Shown: positions 47,973-57,409 of the stretch, in pieces
Numbering within the stretch: position 1 is the first letter of the stretch
Layout of the letters: each line of letters begins with the position of its first letter
NCBI GenBank assembly: GCA_052147455.1
Contig: JBKQKO010000128.1
Coordinates: 7,548 to 71,547 of the forward strand
Reading direction: 5' to 3'
Source of the DNA: Desulfobaccales bacterium
Lineage (GTDB): Bacteria > Desulfobacterota > Desulfobaccia > Desulfobaccales > 0-14-0-80-60-11
DNA: 64,000 bases
Program-made: the position numbers and the translations under genes
Notes under the pieces: generated by a model
Seen by the model: the letters and a program-made list of their open reading frames with translations, nothing else
The model's database searches: none
What the model was told of the DNA's origin: nothing

Positions 47973-49238
47973 TTAGTATCCCAGCGACTTTAAAGACGGC
48001 AGGTAATCTTCACCGGTATAGGCGCCGATAACCTTCACCAGGTCCCACTTAGGATCTTTCCGTTCCGCCGCTCCTTTGCCCACCACTACAAAGGCATTGT
48101 ATTTGAAGATTGGTTGGTGGTCGATGCGCCAGGTCCCTTGGCCCTTCATCGATTCGAAGGTGGGATTTGCCATAATGGCATTGGCGACGGCCATGCCTTC
48201 ACTACTCTTGGCGATAGAGATGCCGCGCAGGGCCTCCTTGGTGCCGATGTAGGCCATAGCCGAATAGGGATCAGGAGGATATCCATACGCCTTGGTAAAC
48301 TTATCGGAAAAGGCCTTGGCCTGCTTAACGATGGCTTCGTCCGGGAAGCCGCTCAAGTCATAATACCAAGCCATTAGGGAATAGACGCCTTCCAGGGCCT
48401 CGGGGGGCACACCACTGCCAAAGGCATCCGTCATCCAATCGAACCAGATCTTGGACTTCCTCTTCAAGCCGGTTTCGTGAGCTTGCTTGAGCACGTTGAT
48501 GGCATCAGTCCCCCAGTGGGCCAGCATGACGATCTGAGGATTCATCTCCATTATTTTCGTCATATACGGCGTGAAATCGCTCGTCCCCACCGGTGACTCC
48601 AGATACTCGACTTTGATACCCAGTTTGTCGAAGGCATCCTTGGCGCCACGCCATTGGTCCTGGCCAAAGGCATACGCCGGGCCGAAGAAGACGATTTTGT
48701 TCAACCCCAATTTGTTCACGATATAAGAAGCCCCGGCGTAACCGATGGAGTAGGCGCAGCCATTCACGGCAAAGGTAGTGGGAGCCATCTCCCCTTTCTC
48801 AAACATCTTCAAGGCCACTACATTGACGGGGAAATAACCGATGGGATGCTGTTTTACTTCCTTATTGAGCGCGGCACTGATGGGAGCAAAGGTCTGCCCG
48901 ACGACAACATCGACCTTGTCTTCATCGACCAACTCGCGGAAACGGCGAATGCCCACGTCCGATTTGGACTCATCGTCTTTAATGACATACTTAACGGGGA
49001 CCTTCTTGCCGCCCCAATCGAGACCGCCGGCCGCATTAATCTCATCGATGGCCAATTTGGAGCCATCCAACTGCACCGGGCCCACCGGGGAGGCGGCTCC
49101 GGTCAGACCATAGAGCAACCCCACCTTGACTTCCTTGGGCGGCTCCGTGGCCAGGGCCGTAACCCCAAGGGTAAATACCAGGCAGCTTACCGCAGCCGCA
49201 ACTATCAAAGCCGTCTTGCCAGATGTGCGCACCTGCAT
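47973..49238 (-). CDS. ABC transporter substrate-binding protein (type 1 periplasmic binding fold, LivK/amide-binding family)
   Basis: 421 aa with a signal peptide and VKVGLLYGLTGAAS near the N-terminus. Confidence 0.8.
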   Translation of the reverse strand: MQVRTSGKTALIVAAAVSCLVFTLGVTALATEPPKEVKVGLLYGLTGAASPVGPVQLDGSKLAIDEINAAGGLDWGGKKVPVKYVIKDDESKSDVGIRRFRELVDEDKVDVVVGQTFAPISAALNKEVKQHPIGYFPVNVVALKMFEKGEMAPTTFAVNGCAYSIGYAGASYIVNKLGLNKIVFFGPAYAFGQDQWRGAKDAFDKLGIKVEYLESPVGTSDFTPYMTKIMEMNPQIVMLAHWGTDAINVLKQAHETGLKRKSKIWFDWMTDAFGSGVPPEALEGVYSLMAWYYDLSGFPDEAIVKQAKAFSDKFTKAYGYPPDPYSAMAYIGTKEALRGISIAKSSEGMAVANAIMANPTFESMKGQGTWRIDHQPIFKYNAFVVVGKGAAERKDPKWDLVKVIGAYTGEDYLPSLKSLGY

Positions 49239-49293
49239 GAATGGAGCCCTCCTTATTTTTGCTGACTGAACTTAACTGGTGATTAGGAGTTGC

Positions 49294-49944
49294 CTAAGAG
49301 ATGGCCGTGAGAAACTCCTTACTCGTCATTACTTGACCGATGCGGGGAAAGATCACCTCTTCAGCATAGAGTTGCTCACGGTCGGTATCCGTCGCGGTGC
49401 AATCTTTAATCAGGATCACCCGATAGCCCAGGTCGTAAGCGGAACGGGCCGAAGATTCCACGCACCAGTTGGTATGGAATCCGGTGAACGCCACATACTC
49501 GATCTCATTGGCGCGCAGGAGGTAGTTAAGGGCGGTGGAGTGAAAGGCATCCAGGGTCAGCTTGCCGCGCACCAGGATGTCTCCTGCTTTCGGCTTCAGG
49601 GGCTCGATGATCTCCGGGCCTGGGGTCCCTTCCAACCAGGCCCCGGTACCCCAGTCAGCTTTCATCTCCATTTCTATGCCGCGCAGGCCCGCGGTTCCAG
49701 GTCCTCCCGGCTTCAATTCCGGAAAACCGGGCTTAAAAGCCTGAAAGGGGACATAGAAGATCTTTACCTTGCCCCGGGCGCCATCCAAAAGGGACTTCAA
49801 GTTATTGATAACGCCCCTTTTGGCTAGCTGGTCGGCAATGAACTGATACATCGTGCCCCCAGGGCTGAGAAAGTCGTTTTGGGCCTCAATGAGAACAATG
49901 GCTGTTCTGTCAGCCGGTAACTTCATAGCTGTCTCCTTCTGCAC
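49294..49944 (-). CDS. cysteine hydrolase (isochorismatase family)
   Basis: TAIVLIEAQNDF and catalytic Cys context FTGFHTNWCVESSARSA. Confidence 0.8.
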   Translation of the reverse strand: MQKETAMKLPADRTAIVLIEAQNDFLSPGGTMYQFIADQLAKRGVINNLKSLLDGARGKVKIFYVPFQAFKPGFPELKPGGPGTAGLRGIEMEMKADWGTGAWLEGTPGPEIIEPLKPKAGDILVRGKLTLDAFHSTALNYLLRANEIEYVAFTGFHTNWCVESSARSAYDLGYRVILIKDCTATDTDREQLYAEEVIFPRIGQVMTSKEFLTAIS

Positions 49945-49989
49945 AGGTTAAGGTGTATGGGTAGTCGAGTAGTTGGACGGGACCCTAGG

Positions 49990-50658
49990 TTACCGCCCCC
50001 CGAGCTGCTTCCAGCGGCCCGCGTCCAGATCTTCCCGAATTTGGGCCATCATATATCGGTTATGCCTGCGGAAGGCCTCCTCGGCCTTTTCCGGGTCGCG
50101 CCCTCGCAGGGCCCAGACAAGTTCAGCATGTTGGTCAATGAGCTTCGAGAAATCGGGCTGCATATGCAGGGTCAAGGGGCGCATCTTATTTTTGATGGTT
50201 TCGAGGAGTTCCTTGAGCCACTCGTTGCCACAGGCATCATATACGGTGGCATGGAATTCAAAGTCCAGCTTGGAGTAACCCAGGATATCGTGCTTCTCGA
50301 TCACCTCCCTCTGCCTCAGGATAAATTTGGCCATTTTTCCGAGGGAGCTTTCATCAATGCGGGTAGCCGCCAGTCGGGCGGCCATGCCCTCCAGTACCTC
50401 CCTTACCGCATACAGGTCCAGGGCATTCTCCGCGGTGAGCGATGACATGAAAACGCCTCGGTTGGGAATATTCTCCACGAGGCCTTCCTGCTCTAAACGC
50501 CTCACGGCTTCCCAGACAGGGGTGCGACTCACCTCGAGTTCCCTGGCGATGCTTTCGATGTTAAGGCGGGCTCCCGGCTGGAAGCGGTAATTAGCTATCA
50601 TCTTCTTCAAAACGGTGTAAATCTGATCGCCGAGCTTTTCCCGCTGTAGTTTTGCCAC
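49990..50658 (-). CDS. GntR family transcriptional regulator (FadR/FCD type)
   Basis: N-terminal wHTH (LNIESIARELEVSRTPVWEAVRRLEQEGLV) and a helical FCD-like C-terminal domain. Confidence 0.85.
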   Translation of the reverse strand: MAKLQREKLGDQIYTVLKKMIANYRFQPGARLNIESIARELEVSRTPVWEAVRRLEQEGLVENIPNRGVFMSSLTAENALDLYAVREVLEGMAARLAATRIDESSLGKMAKFILRQREVIEKHDILGYSKLDFEFHATVYDACGNEWLKELLETIKNKMRPLTLHMQPDFSKLIDQHAELVWALRGRDPEKAEEAFRRHNRYMMAQIREDLDAGRWKQLGGR

Positions 50659-50832
50659 TAATGCCTCCCGTGTCCCTGACCATAGAAACCAGCCGGTGAA
50701 TTGTCAAGCACATTTTTCATATTTCATTAAAAATAAATTATGAAGGAGCCCATCCGCTGAGATAGGCATCTGGAATCTATAAGAATTCACAGCATCAAAC
50801 TTGATAACGATTCATGAACTCCAGGCCCATAT

Positions 50833-50870
50833 TGACCTGCCCCCAGTAGTTGTACTAAGTTTTAAGTTAG
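50833..50870 (+). repeat. solo copy of the IS3/IS407-like terminal repeat
   Basis: TGACCTGCCCCCAGTAGTTGTACTAAGTTTTAAGTTAG here versus TGACCTGTCCCCAGTAGTTGTACCAAGTTTTAAGTTAG at 36637. Confidence 0.8.
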
Positions 50871-50939
50871 TCTGGGGGGCAAGTCAAGCCAGAGATCCCG
50901 GCGGAGCTGTGCTGCGCCAGGATCTCTGGGCATCACCTG

Positions 50940-51182
50940 GATGGCCTCGGGTGCGGGTGGCCGATAACCCAATGCACTGTGAGGCCTTACCGTATTGCCA
51001 CGCAAAAAGTTATCGCCGGGTATTCAGAGCGCAAGGTTGGGGCTGCCATGGGTCATAAAGACCCTTACTCCACCAGGCGCTATGCGAAAATGGCAACTGA
51101 AGCTCTGCGAGGGATGATCGAGGAGTGTCCGCCTGACACTGTCCGTACACTGTCCGTAGAAGTAGATAGACAGATTAATTGA
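50940..51182 (+). pseudogene. tyrosine recombinase (integrase) C-terminal remnant
   Basis: ...VRPYRIATQKVIAGYSERKVGAAMGHKDPYSTRRYAKM resembles box II (R...LGH....T..Y). The upstream three quarters of the gene are missing next to the solo IS end. Confidence 0.65.
51139..51158 (+). repeat. arm-type direct repeats CTGTCCGTAC ACTGTCCGTA (right arm); a third partial copy GTGTCCG lies at 51125
   Basis: Same motif and orientation as 30381-30400. Confidence 0.75.
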
Positions 51183-51220
51183 TTAATAATTTCAATATAT
51201 TTACGCAAATCGCGACGGGG

Positions 51221-51242
51221 TCAAGTCCCGTCGCTCACCCCA
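51221..51242 (+). repeat. attR core: 22-bp direct repeat of the tRNA-His 3' end
   Basis: TCAAGTCCCGTCGCTCACCCCA. Imperfect similarity extends about 11 nt further 5'. Confidence 0.9.
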
Positions 51243-51252
51243 AAGACTTTAG

Positions 51253-51287
51253 AGGGTTAGCTTTAATCGGCTAACCCTTCTATTTTT
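51253..51287 (+). terminator. probable original tRNA-His terminator, displaced by the island
   Basis: AGGGTTAGC-tttaatcg-GCTAACCCT then TCTATTTTTA, starting 11 nt after attR. Confidence 0.6.
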
Positions 51288-51415
51288 ATTTCCAACCCTA
51301 TTTGCAACCCAGGGCGGAAAAATCGGGGTAAACAGGGATTAGATGTCAAGATGGTACGCCGGAACCCCGAGATCCAGTCAAAAACCGCAACAAGAACGAG
51401 CTGTCCGCCAGATCC

Positions 51416-51985
51416 CTACCCCAGAACTTCCTGAACTTCCTGCAATATCAGCCGGGCTGCCGTCGGTATGGCCTTAGCCACCGCCGGAGAAAGTGTTTGT
51501 CCGACGCCAAAATCCTGGCCCTCGATGCCATAGACCACCAGAAAAGGCGGCAATTGCCGGAGGACCTGCCCCAAAGCCACGGCCTGGGCGATACCCCAGG
51601 CGTGGGTGGAGGCGGCCGGAAACAGGTCTGCCGGCAATGCGGCCTCGTGCACCGGGAAGCGGTAAATCTTGCCCGGCGGCCCGCCGGCCCGGACGGCGTC
51701 GGCCAGGATAACGGCGTCGGCCCCATCCCAGGCAGCCAACAAATCGCTGATCGAACCGGAGGTTTCCAAAACTGTCACCTGGGACCGATTTGGCGTCAAG
51801 GAAGCAGCATCTGTTGCAGGGGCGCTCCCAGGCGCGCGCCCTCCCGGGGTTGGACCCGCGGGTCCGCCCCTACAGGTCTGGGGAAGTTTCAAAAGTCGGG
51901 CCACCAGGAGCCCGGCCGCGTCGTCGCCCCGCCACTCCTGGCCGACGCCGATGATCTGCAGTTGAAAATTCTGGGGAAAAGCCAC
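51416..51985 (-). CDS. hydrogenase maturation endopeptidase (HoxW/FrhD-like) with insertion of about 30 aa
   Basis: IIGVGQEWRGDDAAG ... VILADAV ... H.WG pattern. GTG start 9 nt after the large-subunit stop. Confidence 0.8.
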   Translation of the reverse strand: MAFPQNFQLQIIGVGQEWRGDDAAGLLVARLLKLPQTCRGGPAGPTPGGRAPGSAPATDAASLTPNRSQVTVLETSGSISDLLAAWDGADAVILADAVRAGGPPGKIYRFPVHEAALPADLFPAASTHAWGIAQAVALGQVLRQLPPFLVVYGIEGQDFGVGQTLSPAVAKAIPTAARLILQEVQEVLG

Positions 51986-51994
51986 TGCGGTCCT

Positions 51995-53284
51995 TTACTG
52001 CCGCTCCAGCCGGATTTTCAAAAAGTGGGTGGCGCAGGAGATGCAGGGGTCGTAGTTGCGCACCAACTGTTCGCACTGCCAGGTAAGTTGGTCGTCAGGT
52101 AAATCGAGACGTTTTTCCACGAACCGCCAGAGGTCCTGTTCGATGATCTTCAGGTTTTGGGAGGTGGGCGGCACGATCTTGGCCTCCAGGATGGCCCCGG
52201 ACTCGTCCAGGCGATAGCGGTGGTAGAGCAGGCCCCGGGGCGCCTCGGTGGCGGCGCAGCCTACCCCGGAGCGGGGCTCCACTTTAATTGCCGGTTGATC
52301 AGGCCGGGCGTAGGCCGCGATGATCCTTAGAGCCTCATCCACCGCGTAAAGGGTTTCCACCGCCCGCACGATGATGCTCTGGAAGGGGTTGCGGCATTTC
52401 CGGCTCAATCCGGCCTCCTGCGCGGCTTCTTGGGCCAGGGGCGAGAGGCGGTCGAAATTCAGATGGTAGCGGGCCAGGGGGCCGACAAAATAGAGGCCGT
52501 GTCCCTGGTGCCGCGAGCGCAGGGCATTGGAGTATGAGACCTGCTCCTCGGCAAAGTGGGCCTCGTAGTCCTGAACCGCAATATCCAGGCCCTGATTGGA
52601 GACCAGCCGTCCTTCGTTGAAGGGGTATTCCTCGGCATGGCGCAGGGAGACGAATTCGTAATCCTGCTCAAACTCCGGCATGGGGAGAGCCGCCACCCAG
52701 CGCACCGTCTTCAGGGCCGCGTCCCGGGCCCACTTGAGTTCCTCCACCAGCGGGGCCAGTTCCGGTTTGGTGGGCACACGGTAGAACCCCCCCACCCGGA
52801 CGTTAATGGGATGGATCTCCCGGCCGCCCACCAGGGTGACCACCTCGTTGCCGATCTTTTTGAGCCGGAGGCCCATCTTGACCACATCCGGGTGATCCTG
52901 GGCCATGCGGATGGCGTCCTGGTAGCCCAGGAAATCCGGGGCGTGCAGCAGGAAGATGTGGAGGGCATGGGATTCGATCCACTCACCGCAATAAAGGAGG
53001 CGGCGCAGGTCCCTCAAGGGGCCGGTGACCTTCACCCCCATGGCGTCCTCCATGGCGTGCACCGCGCTCATCTGGTAGGCCACCGGGCAGATGCCGCAGA
53101 TGCGGGCAGTGATATCCGGGGCTTCGTGGAACTGGCGGCCTCTTAGGAAAGCCTCGAAAAACCGGGGCGGCTCGAAGATCTTCAGCTTGACTTCGGCCAC
53201 GGCGTCGCCTTTGACCCGGAGGTACAGGCCACCTTCGCCCTCCACCCGGGTCAGGATATCGACCTTGATGGTTCTACTTTTCAT
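51995..53284 (-). CDS. [NiFe] hydrogenase large (alpha) subunit, group 3-like
   Basis: [19 protein letters not shown]-terminal [11 protein letters not shown]-terminal DPCISCATH. Start set at ATG 53284. Confidence 0.9.
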   Translation of the reverse strand: MKSRTIKVDILTRVEGEGGLYLRVKGDAVAEVKLKIFEPPRFFEAFLRGRQFHEAPDITARICGICPVAYQMSAVHAMEDAMGVKVTGPLRDLRRLLYCGEWIESHALHIFLLHAPDFLGYQDAIRMAQDHPDVVKMGLRLKKIGNEVVTLVGGREIHPINVRVGGFYRVPTKPELAPLVEELKWARDAALKTVRWVAALPMPEFEQDYEFVSLRHAEEYPFNEGRLVSNQGLDIAVQDYEAHFAEEQVSYSNALRSRHQGHGLYFVGPLARYHLNFDRLSPLAQEAAQEAGLSRKCRNPFQSIIVRAVETLYAVDEALRIIAAYARPDQPAIKVEPRSGVGCAATEAPRGLLYHRYRLDESGAILEAKIVPPTSQNLKIIEQDLWRFVEKRLDLPDDQLTWQCEQLVRNYDPCISCATHFLKIRLERQ

Positions 53285-54053
53285 GGGCCTCGCTCTCCCG
53301 GCGGAACTCCGGGGCATTGGCGTAGAATTTACGGAAGGCCTGCACCAAACCCGCTTCGGAGACCCCAAAACGCTGACTGAACCAGGCAGCCAGGGAGGCG
53401 GTGTTGGGCGTCTCCTTGGGGCCATAGCAGCCATAGCAGCCCCGGTGGTAGGTGGGGCACAGGGCCCCGCAGCCACCGTGGGTAACCGGCCCCAAACATG
53501 GAGTGCCCATGACCATGACGCAGATATTGCCCCGAGCCTTGCATTGCAGGCAGACGCTGTGGGGCGCCAGCAGCGGGGTGCAGCCGCTGAGGTAGGCGCT
53601 GATCACCTGCAGGAGCTGTCGTTTGTTGATGGGACAGCCGTTGAGCTGATAGTCCACCTTGATATGGGCCGACAGCGGCGTGGACTGTTCCAGGGTCTGG
53701 ATGTATTCCGGATGGGCGTAGACTGCCTTAATGAAATCGTTAACGTCCTTGAAGTTGCGCAGGGCCTGGATGCCGCCGGAGCAGGCGCAGGTGCCCATGG
53801 CCACCAGGTATTTGGAGTCCCGGCGCACCTTTTTAATGAGTTCGGCGTCGTGGGCCGTGGTGATGGAGCCGTCCACCAGGGTCAGGTCGTAGGGGCCCTT
53901 GCCCATGGCCCGGGAGGCCTCGACGAAAAAGGCCAGTTCCACCTCATTGGTGATGGCCAGCAGCTCGTCTTCGCAGTCCAGGAGGGATAGCTGGCAGCCG
54001 TCGCAGGAGGCGAATTTCCAGACCGAAAGCCGGGGCTTTTTTTTCAAGGCCAT
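53274..54053 (-). CDS. hydrogenase small (delta) subunit, NuoB/20-kDa-like
   Basis: [11 protein letters not shown]... and C-terminal Cys clusters. Overlaps the alpha start by 11 nt. Confidence 0.85.
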   Translation of the reverse strand: MALKKKPRLSVWKFASCDGCQLSLLDCEDELLAITNEVELAFFVEASRAMGKGPYDLTLVDGSITTAHDAELIKKVRRDSKYLVAMGTCACSGGIQALRNFKDVNDFIKAVYAHPEYIQTLEQSTPLSAHIKVDYQLNGCPINKRQLLQVISAYLSGCTPLLAPHSVCLQCKARGNICVMVMGTPCLGPVTHGGCGALCPTYHRGCYGCYGPKETPNTASLAAWFSQRFGVSEAGLVQAFRKFYANAPEFRRESEAHEK

Positions 54054-54056
54054 GAC

Positions 54057-54896
54057 TCAGACCTCCCGCCGTTCGAACCAGTCAGCGACCGCATCGTAGC
54101 GAAAGACCGGACCGTCCTTGCAGACGAAGAAGGGCCCCCACTGGCAGTGGCCGCAAAGGCCCAGGCCGCATTTCATGTGGCGTTCCATGGAGATGAAGAT
54201 TTGCCCGGGCCCCAGGCCCCGGCTCAGCAGTTCCATTACGGTGTAGCGCATCATCAACTGGGGGCCGCACACCAGGGCGGTGGTGTTGGCCAGGTCAAAG
54301 CGGGCCCGGGGAATGACGGTGGTCACCACCCCCACGCTCCCCAGCCAGTCTGCCGCGGCAGTGTCCACCGAGACGTGCACCCGGACGTCGAAGCGGCCCC
54401 GCCAACGCTCCAGTTCCTGGCGGTAGAGCAGGTCCGCGGGGGTGCGGGCCCCGTAAATCAACTCGAATTTTCCGTAGTCCGGGCGATGGCTAAGAAAGTG
54501 GTAAATGGCGGGCCTCAAAGGCGCCAGGCCTAGGCCCCCAGCCACGATGAGCACGTCCTGGCCGGCCATTTCCGTCACCGGCCAGGGGACGCCGAAGGGG
54601 CCCCGCACTCCCAGTTGCGCCCCGGGGCTAGCCTGACAAATAGCCCGGGTGATGTTGCCTAAACTGCGCACCGTGTGTGTCAGGCTTTCGGGCCGGGTCG
54701 GGTCGCCGCTGATGGAGATGGGCACCTCTCCCAGGCCGAAGGCGTAGAGCATGTTGAACTGCCCGGGCGCAAAGGCAAAGTCCGCCGTCGCGCCGGGCCG
54801 GGCCAGGTCAAGGGTGAAGGTGTCGGCGGTTTCGCGTCGCACCCGTTGGATCCGGAAGATTTCCGGCAGCATGGGGGACGGGTTATTTGCAATCAT
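54057..54896 (-). CDS. hydrogenase gamma subunit: FAD/NAD(P)-binding oxidoreductase with 2Fe-2S site
   Basis: Ferredoxin-reductase-like fold pattern and C-terminal CGLGLCGHCQ...C. Confidence 0.85.
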   Translation of the reverse strand: MIANNPSPMLPEIFRIQRVRRETADTFTLDLARPGATADFAFAPGQFNMLYAFGLGEVPISISGDPTRPESLTHTVRSLGNITRAICQASPGAQLGVRGPFGVPWPVTEMAGQDVLIVAGGLGLAPLRPAIYHFLSHRPDYGKFELIYGARTPADLLYRQELERWRGRFDVRVHVSVDTAAADWLGSVGVVTTVIPRARFDLANTTALVCGPQLMMRYTVMELLSRGLGPGQIFISMERHMKCGLGLCGHCQWGPFFVCKDGPVFRYDAVADWFERREV

Positions 54897-54916
54897 TTTC
54901 CTGCCAGGTTAGCTAT

Positions 54917-54983
54917 GGTGCGTCTTGCGCACCAGCAATTCTGTTCTGAAAAGGCTAATTATCGTTGGTGCTGAAGACGCACC
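54917..54983 (-). other. intercistronic long-stem hairpin between the cNMP-binding gene and the gamma subunit
   Basis: GGTGCGTCTT-gc-GCACCA ... 31 nt AT-rich loop ... TGGTGC-tg-AAGACGCACC. Confidence 0.5.
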
Positions 54984-55015
54984 CCACAGGGCGGGCCCGG
55001 AGACCCCCCACCCGT

Positions 55016-55474
55016 TCAGTCCTGAAACATGTCGGTGAGCTGCAGGCTGCACGCCCGGAAACGCACCGCCAGGGAATGGGCGTAGCGTTTCAACATTTCA
55101 TAGCCCAGCTCGTGGTCGGCCTCGCACTTTTCCCGGAGGCAGCTCAGCTCGAGGCCCAGGGCTCGAGTGAGGCCCACCGCCCGGGCGTCCGCGGGCCAGC
55201 GAGAAGGCTCATGGTTGACCCAAAGCCAACCCAGCGTGTCCCCTTCCCCTATGGTCTGCAAGGTCATGGGCCCGCGCCGGGCGCTGAAGATTTCCACCGA
55301 GACCCGGCCTTGGAGAATCAGGTAGAAGTGAGAAACCTTCTCCCCGGCCCGACTGAGAAACTGGCCGTCGGTAAAATTGAACCGGGAGGCGCAGGCGGCC
55401 ACCTCGTGGATATGCTGCGGCTGCATACCCCGGAAAAACGGTTGGGCCGCCAAGATGGGCTCAATGCTCTCCAT
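55016..55474 (-). CDS. cyclic nucleotide-binding domain protein embedded in the hydrogenase operon
   Basis: PFFRGM....I..........F..G..L...GE....[12 protein letters not shown]......G...L.T.G.GD..G pattern of cNMP/Crp-type beta-roll. No HTH follows. Confidence 0.75.
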   Translation of the reverse strand: MESIEPILAAQPFFRGMQPQHIHEVAACASRFNFTDGQFLSRAGEKVSHFYLILQGRVSVEIFSARRGPMTLQTIGEGDTLGWLWVNHEPSRWPADARAVGLTRALGLELSCLREKCEADHELGYEMLKRYAHSLAVRFRACSLQLTDMFQD

Positions 55475-56624
55475 GCTCGCTCTCCTTGAGAGGGACTTCA
55501 TTATCCCGAATGGCCCGGACCTCCTCGGTGAGGTCGATGCCCACCGGGCACCAGGTTAGACAACGGCCGCAGCCGACGCAGCCGGAGCAGCCGAACTGGT
55601 CATGCCAGGTAGCCAGTTTGTGGGTCAGCCACTGGCGGTAACGCGACCGGGGCGAGGAGCGGATACTGCCGCCATGAATGTAGGAATAGTCCACGGTGAA
55701 ACAGACGTCCTGGCGGCGCCATCTTTCGGCCACGGCGCCGGTCAAGTCGGTAACCTCTTCGACGGTATGGCAGAAGCAGGTGGGGCAGACCCAGGTGCAA
55801 TTGCCGCAGTTGAGGCAGCGGGACGTGACTTCATCCCAGCGGGGATGTTCGTAATTGCGATAGAGGAGTTCCTTGAGACCCTGGGTGTCCAGCTTCCGGC
55901 CAATATTGGCTGCCACAGCCGCGACTATGCTGGTGGCAGCCTCGATTTCCGCGAATTCGGCCGGTCGCTGGGGAACTGAATGGAGAACCCCGGCGCCCCG
56001 GCCGGTTCCCACTTCCACCAGGAAGTAATGTTTGCCTTCCTGCAAAACCTCGGTGAGCGCCAGATCGAAGCCGGAAGTGGCCCGGGGGCCGCTGCCCATG
56101 GAGACGCAGAAACATGTGCCGCAACCCCGGCCGCCGCAGTTGACCGCCAGGATGAAGGCCTGCTCCAGGCGAGCCTGATAAACCGGGTCAACGTGAGGGC
56201 CCTGAAGAAAGACCCGGCCCTGGACCGCCATGGCATGGAGGTCGCAGGCATGGACTCCGATGAAGGCGTAACGGGGGACGCTCTCGGCCGGCGGGATAAT
56301 CTGAAAGCCGCTGCCGTGGCGTTCGGCCCGCCAGAGCAGGTGCTGGGACGGAAACAGGAACTGCTTCCAGGACTGCTGCCCGACCCCGTAGCCGAAGAGG
56401 GCCTGGTCGCCCCGCGGTTGCAGACGGAAGGAGCCGGGTTCCTGCACGTCGGTCCAGCCCACGGGCAGGTCGGCCACCCCGGTCAGGTCACCGTAGAGCA
56501 ACTGGCCGTCCCGCAGAGTAGGCCCCACCAGGTGGTAGCCCCGGCGGTCCAGGGCTGCCAGGAGTTGTGGAAATTCTATTGCGGCCATCACCAGCTTGGC
56601 GCCAACCGACGCGGGAGCAGCCAT
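55461..56624 (-). CDS. hydrogenase beta subunit: 4Fe-4S dicluster protein (HydB/sulfhydrogenase beta-like)
   Basis: [16 protein letters not shown] and [14 protein letters not shown] clusters. First gene of the operon. Confidence 0.85.
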   Translation of the reverse strand: MAAPASVGAKLVMAAIEFPQLLAALDRRGYHLVGPTLRDGQLLYGDLTGVADLPVGWTDVQEPGSFRLQPRGDQALFGYGVGQQSWKQFLFPSQHLLWRAERHGSGFQIIPPAESVPRYAFIGVHACDLHAMAVQGRVFLQGPHVDPVYQARLEQAFILAVNCGGRGCGTCFCVSMGSGPRATSGFDLALTEVLQEGKHYFLVEVGTGRGAGVLHSVPQRPAEFAEIEAATSIVAAVAANIGRKLDTQGLKELLYRNYEHPRWDEVTSRCLNCGNCTWVCPTCFCHTVEEVTDLTGAVAERWRRQDVCFTVDYSYIHGGSIRSSPRSRYRQWLTHKLATWHDQFGCSGCVGCGRCLTWCPVGIDLTEEVRAIRDNEVPLKESEHGEH

Positions 56625-57409
56625 AACTCTCCAGGCTCGTAATTTAAAGGACTATCTCACTTATCGAACCGGTCCGCATAATCTTCACCCTATATATATG
56701 GCCTGGCTTACCTGGGGTCAAGGACAAGTTTAGTAAACGCGGGCTTTGAGGAAGCGAGAAACCGAGAGGTCGCGGGCGGGCCAGGCCCACCCGGCGCGTG
56801 GTTTTTAAGGTTAACGGGGCAGGAAGGATTTTCTGATGAACTCCAACCTCCGGCTAACAGCTCTTTTTGAGCCTTCGGCCTCATCTTCATGGGGCCGGCC
56901 ATATCAGTCTGTCGGTCCTCGGGGCCCTGCGGGATATCCCCTCAGCAAGCAATTTGCCTTTTTGACCATGACCCGGGCAGCTTTAAGGAATCAACTCCTC
57001 TGGTTGTCATAAAAGCACCGATCCAGGGTCAATCTCAAAAAGCAGTTCGTCCGCCACCCCTCCTCCCGCGGATATTCTGGAAAAAAATTATACAGGGTAC
57101 TTGCATTCCCCATAAAAATAATTATTAACAAATAATAAATATTATCTAAATTATTGGGCGTCAAATCACAGACCCATCTCCAAGGATGCGCCTGTGTATG
57201 TCCTCCGCCGAAATGTTGAGGTAAAAAGAGGCAGAAGATGGATTAACCTTTTCCCGAACCGGAACTCTTTCCGGATCGGCCTGAGTCCATCAAGGGAGAC
57301 GGGGTCCTTGACCACCCCCTCTCACTCAACTCCCTAAAACGGATATCTGGCTCAATCTCCCCCACCCGGTGCAATTAACCTGGAATGGGAATTATCCAAA
57401 GAGGATGTG

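Larger units (their letters stand above)
30328..51242. mobile_element. tRNA-His-integrated genomic island of about 20.9 kb (degenerate; integrase decayed)
   Basis: Flanking 22-bp direct repeats, arm-type repeats at both ends, an integrase C-terminal remnant next to attR, visibly lower and patchy GC, and several IS elements and remnants. Confidence 0.8.

Noticed and set aside
57100-57165. An AT-rich stretch with the palindrome AATAATTATT upstream of rubredoxin/dfx, considered as a PerR/Fur-type box.
   Set aside because: - It matches only about 9-10 of 14 positions of the 7-1-7 consensus as I remember it.
- It lies about 250 nt upstream of the start codon.
- That is too weak to call without a scoring matrix.
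56640-57400. ORFs 56708..56902 and 56889..57128 between the hydrogenase operon and rubredoxin.
   Set aside because: They are short, lack SD sequences and motifs, and lie in a divergent promoter region of mixed composition. I treat the region as non-coding.
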